Below, piece by piece: positions 9,854-17,348 of a stretch of DNA of 32,000 nt (within the stretch, counting starts at the first letter, position 1; every line of letters starts with the position of its first letter). The position numbers and the translations under genes were made by a program. The stretch lies in assembly GCF_000981785.2 (NCBI RefSeq), contig NZ_CP011304.1:720001-752000 (forward strand), written 5' to 3'. This DNA comes from Microcystis aeruginosa NIES-2549 (GTDB lineage Bacteria > Cyanobacteriota > Cyanobacteriia > Cyanobacteriales > Microcystaceae). The notes beneath the pieces are model-generated. The model was not told the DNA's origin and did not search any database. It worked only from the letters and a program-made list of their open reading frames with translations.

Positions 9854-10889
9854 TTATTTGACTCCTGACAAGAAAGTAGCGATTCTTCTCCACGAAGGAA
9901 TCAAAGGAACTCGCGGCAAAACTGGGTTAAGTTATCTGCGTTACGGAAAAGCGCAGGTAGTGGCGATTATTGACTCAGAAAGCGCCGGCAGCGCCTTAAA
10001 AGAAGTGGCTGGAATCGATCGCCCCTTGCCGATTGTTGCTAGTGTTAGGGAAGCTCTAACCTATCATCCCGACACCCTGTTAATTGGTATCGCACCCTCA
10101 GGAGGCATTTTACCCCCCCATTGGCTAGAAGAAATCAAAGAGGCGGTAAAAGCAGGGTTATCCCTCGTTAATGGTCTCCATACACCCCTAAAACCCCTTT
10201 TTTCTCAGCTTAAACCGGATCAATGGATTTGGGATATCCGTCTGGAACCCCAAGGCTTAAAAATTGGGCAAGCGCGGGCGAAAAATTTAACCTGTCAGCG
10301 TATTCTAACGGTAGGGACGGATATGAGTGTGGGCAAAATGTCCACTAGCATCGAATTACACCGAGTTGCCTCAGAAAAAGGGCTAAAATCGCAATTTTTA
10401 GCCACTGGACAGGGGGGAATTATGATCGCGGGAAAAGGTGTACCCTTGGATGCAGTGCGCGTCGATTATGCTGCTGGTGCGATCGAGGCTTTGGTGTTAG
10501 AATCGGCGGAAAATAACGATATTTTGTTTATTGAGGGTCAAGGTTCCCTTTTACACCCCGGATCCACCGCTACCTTGCCCTTAATGCGTGGCAGTCAACC
10601 GACGGGGTTAATTCTCGTCCATCGTGCCGGACAAATTCATATCAAAGATTTACCCGATATTCCCATCCCTCCCCTAACGGAAGTGATTAAACTCTACGAA
10701 ATGACTGCCAGCGCTGGGGGAAGTTTTGGAGAGGTGAAGGTAAAGGGGATTAGTTTAAATACTTTTCATCTTAATCCGGAGGCGGCAGTTAAAGCTATAG
10801 AAACCGTGCAGGAGGAAACGGGGTTATTTTGTACAGATGTTGTTCGTTTTGGCGGTCAAGGGTTATTATCAGTGATCAGTAAACAGTGA
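9846..10889 (+). CDS. DUF1611-domain protein (DgcN-like)
   Basis: The ORF-track ORF 9825..10889 uses a GTG start. I prefer the ATG at 9846 (MANYLTPDKK), which overlaps the epimerase stop within ATGGCTAA. GTDMSVGKMSTS is the P-loop-like motif typical of DUF1611. Confidence 0.8.
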   Translation: MANYLTPDKKVAILLHEGIKGTRGKTGLSYLRYGKAQVVAIIDSESAGSALKEVAGIDRPLPIVASVREALTYHPDTLLIGIAPSGGILPPHWLEEIKEAVKAGLSLVNGLHTPLKPLFSQLKPDQWIWDIRLEPQGLKIGQARAKNLTCQRILTVGTDMSVGKMSTSIELHRVASEKGLKSQFLATGQGGIMIAGKGVPLDAVRVDYAAGAIEALVLESAENNDILFIEGQGSLLHPGSTATLPLMRGSQPTGLILVHRAGQIHIKDLPDIPIPPLTEVIKLYEMTASAGGSFGEVKVKGISLNTFHLNPEAAVKAIETVQEETGLFCTDVVRFGGQGLLSVISKQ

Positions 10890-10897
10890 TCAGTTAA
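10870..10897 (+). repeat. Four heptamers: CAGTGAT CAGTAAA CAGTGAT CAGTTAA
   Basis: Read directly from the sequence. They encode the last residues (..VISKQ) and the TGA stop (10887-89) of the DUF1611 gene. Confidence 0.85.
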
Positions 10898-11001
10898 TGA
10901 CTCCTGTTATCCTAAAAACGGCGATAGATGGGGAGTTTTGCCTTGCTAAATCAGCAAATAGGGATAAAATCAAAACAAATTAGTTTTTCGGCGACCATAT
11001 C

Positions 11002-11346
11002 ATGTTAACCCCATCGGATAGTAAATTATCTAAGCAGCAGCAGATTCTCTCGGCTGTTTCCGAAGAAGAACAGCTTAAACAGCAACGGATTCAGGAAGTG
11101 CTATTGTTAATAGATAGTTTATTCCAAAGAGAGGAAACGACTTTTAGAATTATCATCGACTGTCTTTACGATGTGGGTTCGTTAAATTTAATTAATAAAA
11201 AGTTTCATCGTCGTTACTTAAATTTTATTATGAAAGCTATCGCTCGTTTTTCTAAGCCTATATTCAGAATTTATGCTCTCTATTGGGTGAAAAAAAATAG
11301 CCCGAAATTAATTACTAATTGGTTGGCTAGTAAGGTTAAATTCTAG
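11002..11346 (+). CDS. Hypothetical protein (114 aa)
   Basis: ORF-track ORF of plausible coding composition. I recognise no family. Confidence 0.5.
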   Translation: MLTPSDSKLSKQQQILSAVSEEEQLKQQRIQEVLLLIDSLFQREETTFRIIIDCLYDVGSLNLINKKFHRRYLNFIMKAIARFSKPIFRIYALYWVKKNSPKLITNWLASKVKF

Positions 11347-11366
11347 CCAAGTAAGTAACTGGTTCT

Positions 11367-11497
11367 AATTAAATTGAAGATATATCCCCCCTTGATCCCC
11401 CCTTAATAAGCTATCCATTAGTCACATCTTTCTTAACATAAAATTTGACAAAAAGAGAAAAGTGTGCAAGATGGCTCAAGGGGGTTCTATGGGGGGA
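11367..11497. repeat. Small repeat element with a C-rich arm and a G-rich arm
   Basis: AATTAAATTGAAGATA (11367-11382) recurs as its reverse complement at 25034-25049. The arms are TCCCCCCTTGATCCCCCCTT (about 11385-11404) and CTCAAGGGGGTTCTATGGGGGGA (11475-11497). Confidence 0.5.
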
Positions 11498-11715
11498 CTA
11501 ATTTGATGAGATAGTTTCCAAGTCTGGCTGATATCATGTAACCTTCGCAGTCCACAACCACTTTTTAAAACAAAATGATAGCGTTCTATCAACCGGGAGT
11601 ATCTCACCTTTACAATGAGTAGAAATGCTTAATGAGATCAATAAAAAAGTTAAAAAAGGCAACCATTTAGATAGACACAGCGATGACGAAGGACTTGCGG
11701 TACATTACCAGATTC

Positions 11716-11838
11716 CGGGAGCATCTCACCTTTGTAACCCCTAAATCAGATTTTATGTCAAGCTATTTTGAAAGCCTTGCTAGAAACCAGTTTTAGGGAC
11801 AAGTATAATTACTCACTTGCATAAATGAGATGCTCCCG
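11716..11838. mobile_element. MITE-like element (123 bp) with 13-bp perfect terminal inverted repeats
   Basis: CGGGAGCATCTCA (11716-11728) pairs with TGAGATGCTCCCG (11826-11838), with a nested CCCTAAA/TTTAGGG pair inside. A degenerate partial copy of the left end (CCGGGAGTATCTCACCTTT) sits at 11593-11611. Confidence 0.5.
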
Positions 11839-12503
11839 ATTTACACCTGCAACAGATCATAATTCTCCTCAATTGTCTAGAATTATTATGGCAAGAGAAA
11901 AACGATTACTACGCTTCCGGTAATCTGACTATCTACTATAACGAAGAACAACTGAAAAAGCGCGATTTCTGCGGTCCTGATTTTTTTGTGGTTTTAGATA
12001 CAGAAAAACGTCCCCGCAAAAGTTGGGTGGTTTGGGGAGAACAGGGAAAATATCCCAATGTAATCGTCGAGATTCTTTCCGATTCTACGGCCAATATTGA
12101 CCGCAATAAAAAGAAAATTCTCTACCAAAATACTTTTCGCACTCCTAATTATTTTTGGTTCTATCCTAATAGCTTAGAATTGCAAGGATTTAGACTAATT
12201 GAGGGACAATATCAAGCTATTTCTGCCAATGACCGGGGTTATCTATGGAGTGAACAGTTAGGATTATATTTAGGCATATTTGACCGTAAACTGCGTTATT
12301 TTACCGCCGATGGTCAATTGGTTCCCACTCCCCAAGAAGCTGAATTACAGCAAAGACAAGCAAAGGAACAGATTCTTTTAGAAAAGGAACAGGAACGACA
12401 GGCAAAAGAACAGGCTCTTTTAGAAAAAGAACAAGAACGACAAGCCAAGGAAAGATTAGCGGCAAAATTACGAGAATTAGGCATCAATCCCCAGACAGTT
12501 TAG
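11829..12503 (+). pseudogene. Uma2-family (DUF820) endonuclease, 5'-truncated
   Basis: The frame is open from 11829 with no ATG. Uma2-like sequence (HLQQIIILLNCLELLWQEKNDYYASGNLTIYY...PDFFVVL...VIVEILSDST) begins right at the MITE terminus. The ORF track only reports a GTG-started remnant from 11988. The N-terminal region of roughly 30 or more aa (the YPxSDGxPM part) is absent. Confidence 0.7.
12354..12455 (+). repeat. 42-nt (14-aa) in-frame tandem repeat, about 2.4 copies
   Basis: RQAKEQILLEKEQE / RQAKEQALLEKEQE / RQAKER, with synonymous differences between the copies. Confidence 0.75.
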
Positions 12504-12577
12504 CCGGTTAAAATCTGCAAACAGCACTCGATAACCCCTTGAGTTACAATTATCTTGATTTGACTGGATAGACCCGA

Positions 12578-13183
12578 ATGCAACTCACTCCCGAACAATA
12601 CAAAGAAAAAATGCAGCGCCGCAAGGCAATCCAAGAGGAACGTTTAGCCGAAAAAATCGCTGAAAAAGGTTTAATTATCGTTAATACCGGCGATGGCAAG
12701 GGAAAAACCACGGCAGCCCTCGGCATGGTTTTACGTTCCCTCGGTCATGGTTACAAAGTGGCGGTGGTACAATTCATCAAAGGTGCTTGGGAACCTGCCG
12801 AACAAAAGATTTTTAGTGTTTGGGGGGAACAAATCGAGTTTTATGCTATGGGGGAAGGTTTCACCTGGGAAACCCAAGATAGAGAAAGAGATATAGAGAA
12901 AGCCCAAGAAGCGTGGCAAAAAGCCCTAACTTTTCTCGAAAATCCCCAATATAAATTAATTTTACTCGATGAGATCAATATCGCCCTTAAATTCGGTTAT
13001 CTGGATATTCAGGAAGTTATCGCTGGTTTAGCCCGAAAACCCGCTAATTGTCACGTTATTCTCACTGGTAGAGGAGCTTTACCCGAATTAATCGAGATAG
13101 CGGATTTAGTCACAGAAATGAAGTTAATTAAACATCCCTTTCGTCAACAGGGAGTGAAAGCGCAACCCGGCATCGAATTTTAA
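12578..13183 (+). CDS. cobO: Cob(I)yrinic acid a,c-diamide adenosyltransferase
   Basis: GDGKGKTTAALG P-loop and the LILLDEINIAL motif; 201 aa, the typical CobA/CobO/BtuR size. Confidence 0.9.
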   Translation: MQLTPEQYKEKMQRRKAIQEERLAEKIAEKGLIIVNTGDGKGKTTAALGMVLRSLGHGYKVAVVQFIKGAWEPAEQKIFSVWGEQIEFYAMGEGFTWETQDRERDIEKAQEAWQKALTFLENPQYKLILLDEINIALKFGYLDIQEVIAGLARKPANCHVILTGRGALPELIEIADLVTEMKLIKHPFRQQGVKAQPGIEF

Positions 13184-14140
13184 CTACTGCTTAAGCGTTG
13201 TACCATTTCTCCCGACAATAATCGATGAGTTTCGGCGAGAAGATAGGGAATTTTATCAGCGTGGGGACTAGCGGCTAAACAGGCAGTTAAATCGAGTTTT
13301 TCCACCTCTTTTGCCTGTTGACCGGGGAACCAATGACCCCCATTCCCCAAGAGATTGTATCTGGCCTTGGCAAAGTCGATCATATCGTAGGCGATAGCGA
13401 GATTGCGTAACCAGAGGATAGAACGAATATTAATCTGATTGGGGGTATTTTCCCAGCTAGGTAAACCCAAAGACCAAGTTTTTACCCAATTATCGCCTAA
13501 ACAGTTGATCATCTCCCCTTGCAATCTCTCGATAATTGGCGGTAAAATCTCCTCGGCTCGATCGAGTAAAGGTAAAGTTTTCAGGTGTTCATCAAAATCT
13601 GTGGGTTGCGCTGCACCGATACTCAGGGTATGGACGGCCGGATGACTGAGACAGAATAGGTCATTAAAAACCATCGGACTGAGAGGAGAACAGAGAGCCA
13701 CGAGCTTAGGGGGAGGATTGTAGAGATGGCCGCCCTTATCGGAGGGACTAATGATAAAAACCCCCATATCGTGCTGTTTTGCCGCTTCTATGGCCGGCCA
13801 GTTATTCTGAAAAATATAGTACCAGTGCAGATTGAGGTAATCGTAACAATTTGTTGCAATAGTCTTGACAATTACATCAGTTAGTGCATGGGTGGAGAAA
13901 CCGATAAAACGAACTTTTCCCTGTTACTGTAATTTTTTCGCCTCTTGCCAACAACCGCCCTCGGCCATAGTATAATCGAGAATTTCAGCCGTGTTGATGC
14001 CATGGATACCCAACAAATCCACATAATCTAACCGTAAAAATTGCAGGGATTGCTCAAATTTACGGCGAAATTCCCGCACATCTTGACTAGGAGAAACTTT
14101 CGTCTGCACGATAATCTTATCCCTCGGTAGTTGCGGCAAA
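13180..14140 (-). pseudogene. Aldo/keto reductase, 5'-truncated and carrying an in-frame stop
   Basis: Minus-strand reading gives ..LPQLPRDKIIVQTKV...LDYVDLLGIHGIN...EAKKLQ[TAA at 13926-13924]QGKVRFIGFSTH...MGVFIISPSDKGG... to the stop at 13180. The two ORF-track pieces (13924..14436 and 13180..13767) are in the same frame. AKR similarity ends near 14140, where the IS4 fragment begins. Confidence 0.75.
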
Positions 14141-14141
14141 A

Positions 14142-14623
14142 TTATTAGAGAAAAAAGACAAGCACTTTGTTTTAAGGGTAAAAAATGATATGAAGCTAGA
14201 AATGCTGGAAAATGGTCAGAGCAAGCTAGGAGCAGAAAAAAGAGAAGTAGAGGTAAGAATCGTTGAGTTTTGTGATCTAGAAAGTCAAAGTGAATTTCGG
14301 ATAGCGACGGACTTACCCTTAGAAGGAGAAGGGGGGGTACGGGGGGAGAAATTGCCGAAATGTATCGACAAAGATGGCAAATATAACTTCTTTGGAAGTT
14401 CTTACAAATGCACCTAAAGCTTGACCGTTTAATCACAAAAAACGAGAGAGGAATTCGGATACAAATTTATAGCTGTATCATCGCTTATTTAATTTTGCAG
14501 CTAATAGATATTGAAGAAGTATTTGGCAAAAGCTTATTAGATAAATTGCGCTATTTACAGAGTTTTATGTGTCAACATATCAGCTATGTACACTGGTTTA
14601 GGAAAATTGTCTATTCAATCTGA
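14142..14623 (+). pseudogene. IS4-family transposase, C-terminal fragment (frameshifted, in-frame stop)
   Basis: LLEKKDKHFVLRVKND...RIVEFCDLESQSEFRIATDLP, then a frameshift in the G-runs at 14331-14346, then EIAEMYRQRWQI[TAA 14384-86]LLWKFLQMHLKLDRLITKNERGIRIQIYSCIIAYLILQL (YREK-type motif). Confidence 0.7.
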
Positions 14624-14677
14624 AAAATGGCGTTCTGGGGTTGTCATGTTCTTAAATGTAAAGTTTTGTTACGAGAT

Positions 14678-14896
14678 TCAACATTTCTGGATAATATCAT
14701 GTCGTTTTAGTATTTGCAGTTCCTTAGCTTCTATCGTTCCTATGTTAAAGAAGTGTGTATTTGATAAGCCGATTCCGTAATGCCAAAGTTCCTTATCTTG
14801 TTCCCACCATTTGACAAGCTTGTCGTAATATTCACTATCTGGATTAACGGTTTCTTCAATGCGTATAATTAATCGTGCGATTTCTGAAGCTGTCAT
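14678..14896 (-). CDS. Orphan small ORF (72 aa from MTASEIARL..), function unknown
   Basis: Part of ORF-track ORF 14678..15031. Only the portion downstream of the ATG at 14896 lies outside the tnpB element's left end. I recognise no family. Confidence 0.3.
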   Translation of the reverse strand: MTASEIARLIIRIEETVNPDSEYYDKLVKWWEQDKELWHYGIGLSNTHFFNIGTIEAKELQILKRHDIIQKC

Positions 14897-14986
14897 CGAA
14901 AATTTGGGTCTGAAACCCCGCCGTTTTACGACGGCTTTACCGTTAAATATTAGCGCATTTACACGATATATGCTAAAATGTGAGAC

Positions 14987-16099
14987 ATGGAAAAAGCCTA
15001 TTCTTACCGATTTTACCCAACACCCGAACAAGAGTCGCTATTGCGGCGCACTTTGGGCTGTGTAAGATTAGTTTACAATAAGGCTCTCCATCTCAGAACA
15101 CAAGCATGGTACGAAAAGCAAGAAAGAGTAGGCTACGCTCAAACTTCTTCAATGTTGACCGAGTGGAAAAAACAAGAAGAATTAGAGTTTTTAAACGAAG
15201 TTAGCTGTGTACCCTTACAACAAGGGTTAAGACATTTACAAACAGCTTTTACTAATTTCTTTGCTGGTCGTACTAAGTATCCTAACTTTAAGAAAAAACA
15301 TCAAGGAGGAAGTGCCGAATTTACCAAATCTGCTTTTAAATTTAAATACAAACAAATCTATTTAGCCAAATGCACAGAACCTTTACCTATTCGATGGTCA
15401 AGACAAATACCAGACGGATGTGAACCAAGCACAGTAACAGTCAGATTACATCCTTCTGGACGTTGGCATATCTCAATAAGATTTGATGACCCAACAATTA
15501 AGCCATTACCAGTAACAGATAAAGCCATTGGAATTGACTTAGGAATTAGTAGCCTCGTGATTACCAGCGATGGCGATAAAGTATCTAATCCCAAGCATTT
15601 TAAGAAACATTATCGGAGACTGCGAAAGGCCCAAAAAAGCCTTTCTAGAAAACAGAAAGGGTCAAAAAATCGGGAAAAAGCGAGAATCAAAGTAGCCAAG
15701 ATTCACGCTCAAATCACCGATAGCAGAAAAGACCATTTACATAAGCTAACCACTCAATTAGTTCGTGAAAACCAAACGATTGTAGTTGAGAATTTAGCCG
15801 TTAAGAATATGGTCAAAAACCCCAAGTTATCTCAGGCAATATCTGATGTAAGCTGGGGAGAAATCACTCGACAATTAGCCTATAAATGCCGTTGGTACGG
15901 CAGAAATTACATCGAAATAGATAGATGGTTTCCCAGTTCTAAAAGATGTAGTAATTGCGGGTATATTGCTGAAAAAATGCCGTTAAATGTTCGAGAATGG
16001 GATTGTCCAGACTGTGGAACACACCATGACCGAGATATTAACGCCAGTAAAAACATTTTGGCCGCAGGGCTTGCGGTGTCAGTCTGTAGAGCGACCTGA
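14987..16099 (+). CDS. tnpB: TnpB (IS200/IS605 OrfB), RNA-guided endonuclease
   Basis: MEKAYSYRFYPTPEQESLLRRTLGCVRLVYN start. RuvC residues present (GIDLG, VVENL, HDRDINASKN). Zinc ribbon is CSNCG..CPDCG. It ends in a tandem TGATGA. Confidence 0.9.
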   Translation: MEKAYSYRFYPTPEQESLLRRTLGCVRLVYNKALHLRTQAWYEKQERVGYAQTSSMLTEWKKQEELEFLNEVSCVPLQQGLRHLQTAFTNFFAGRTKYPNFKKKHQGGSAEFTKSAFKFKYKQIYLAKCTEPLPIRWSRQIPDGCEPSTVTVRLHPSGRWHISIRFDDPTIKPLPVTDKAIGIDLGISSLVITSDGDKVSNPKHFKKHYRRLRKAQKSLSRKQKGSKNREKARIKVAKIHAQITDSRKDHLHKLTTQLVRENQTIVVENLAVKNMVKNPKLSQAISDVSWGEITRQLAYKCRWYGRNYIEIDRWFPSSKRCSNCGYIAEKMPLNVREWDCPDCGTHHDRDINASKNILAAGLAVSVCRAT

Positions 16100-16216
16100 T
16101 GACCAGAACAGAGTAAATCTGTTAAGGCAGGTGCGAAAAATCCTTCGGGAAAGAAGCAGAAACTCAAATCGTGAGGTTTGGGAATCGCCGTCCGTTTACG
16201 GCGGTGAGGATGTCAA
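16070..16216 (+). ncRNA. Predicted omega RNA scaffold of TnpB element 2; the 5' limit is a guess
   Basis: GAATC (16182-86)...ACGGCGG (16198-204)...TGTCAA (16211-16), in the same order as in element 1. The hairpin is CGCCGT/ACGGCG. Confidence 0.35.
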
Positions 16217-16591
16217 AAATATCCTCAGTGGTGCAGAAAACCTATCAAAGACTTGCTGTACAAGGAGTCCGAATTAGATAGCGGGTTGGCAGGAGGAACA
16301 ACTTTATGAGATGCTTAAGTTCCGCAACTAAAAGACATCGCTAGGTCAGCCTTGGTCTTTGGATACTAAACTATTTGAACCACTAAGTCAATCAGGGTAA
16401 GCGCTTCTTAACAATCCTTGACAAAATGAACTTTATGTGAGTTGCTTATCCCATTTTTCTTTATTAGTGGCAGGCATCCTACACGCCTTTCCCTTTTTGG
16501 GAGAGGGGTTGGGGGTGAGGGTAATTAACCATCTCTGCCATTACTTTAGAAAAATGGTAAGTAGGTGGGTGGAATTAAATATAAAATGAAC

Positions 16592-16656
16592 GTAGGTTGG
16601 GCTGAAGCATGAAACCCAACTCCCGCTCATGTTACGCTACCGCTAACCCATCCTAC
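16592..16656. repeat. Compound palindromic repeat (GTAGGTTGGG...CCCATCCTAC type)
   Basis: Outer inverted repeat: GTAGGTTGGG (16592-601) against CCCATCCTAC (16647-56), 9 of 10 positions. Inner hairpin: GTTGGG-ctgaagcatgaaa-CCCAAC (16596-16620). This sequence type is widespread as a dispersed repeat in cyanobacterial genomes. Confidence 0.5.
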
Positions 16657-16780
16657 AAATAATTGTGCCTACCTACTTATTATGGCCTTTTGTCAACGGG
16701 GAAGTCCAAATATTCAGCCAACCCTAAATAAATCCGAGCGAGAATCATTCTCAATGGGGGGAAAACTTCTGGGGAAGAAA

Positions 16781-17083
16781 TTAGAAAACATCACCTAGAC
16801 GGGCATATTCTAAAATTGACTGGCTGAGAGCATCGCGATCATCGCGGCTGAGATAATAATTCCGGCCGCCGATATCATTGAGAAATCGCAGTAGGGCAAG
16901 ACAAGCGGACTCTAGATCCGCCCGGTGTCGGGCAGCCGCTAAAGCTTGTTCAGAGGTGGCATAAACTAGGCAATCGCTAATTCCTTCCCTGCCATCCACT
17001 CGCCAACATTGAAAAGAATAACCCTGCATTTCTAGGATCAATTCAATCTGCCAGCCGTGATAGTCAAGTCGCGTATAAATCAT
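16781..17083 (-). CDS. Hypothetical protein (100 aa)
   Basis: ORF-track ORF with good coding character. I recognise no family. Confidence 0.5.
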   Translation of the reverse strand: MIYTRLDYHGWQIELILEMQGYSFQCWRVDGREGISDCLVYATSEQALAAARHRADLESACLALLRFLNDIGGRNYYLSRDDRDALSQSILEYARLGDVF

Positions 17084-17348
17084 CTCAAGCAGCCCCGTTT
17101 AGGAGAGGAAAGTCACAGGTTTGACCGCTCTGATTGTCTAGAAGTCCTGCACCTGTCTAACTTTCTAATTTAATGGATGATTATGGAAACCCGCTGCAAA
17201 CTTCGTGCAGATTTCGTGCAGAAATGATTTTGTCTACTGTCCCAAGGCAGATAAGCCATTAAGCATTTAAATTGCTTGTTGAGATGAGGCAAGAGGCAAC
17301 AGGCAAGAAGCAAAACCCCCCTCAAACCCTAGGGCTGTTTCATTCTCC

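Larger units (their letters stand above)
14900..16216 (+). mobile_element. IS200/IS605-family element carrying tnpB only (second copy, a different subfamily)
   Basis: LE hairpin is GCCGT (14920-24) / ACGGC (14931-35). RE hairpin is CGCCGT (16186-91) / ACGGCG (16198-203), followed by TGTCAA (16211-16216). No tnpA. The left boundary is approximate. Confidence 0.5.

Noticed and set aside
12504-12577. Cobalamin riboswitch upstream of cobO, and a Moco riboswitch upstream of moeA.
   Set aside because: The leaders are only about 74 nt and about 11 nt, far too short, and I see no B12-box-like motif.
13180-13183. Convergent genes overlapping at their stop codons: cobO with the AKR remnant here, and the GT-C gene with the carotenoid oxygenase at 28936-28939.
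   Set aside because: The overlaps are real but common in compact genomes. They only imply the absence of an intergenic terminator.
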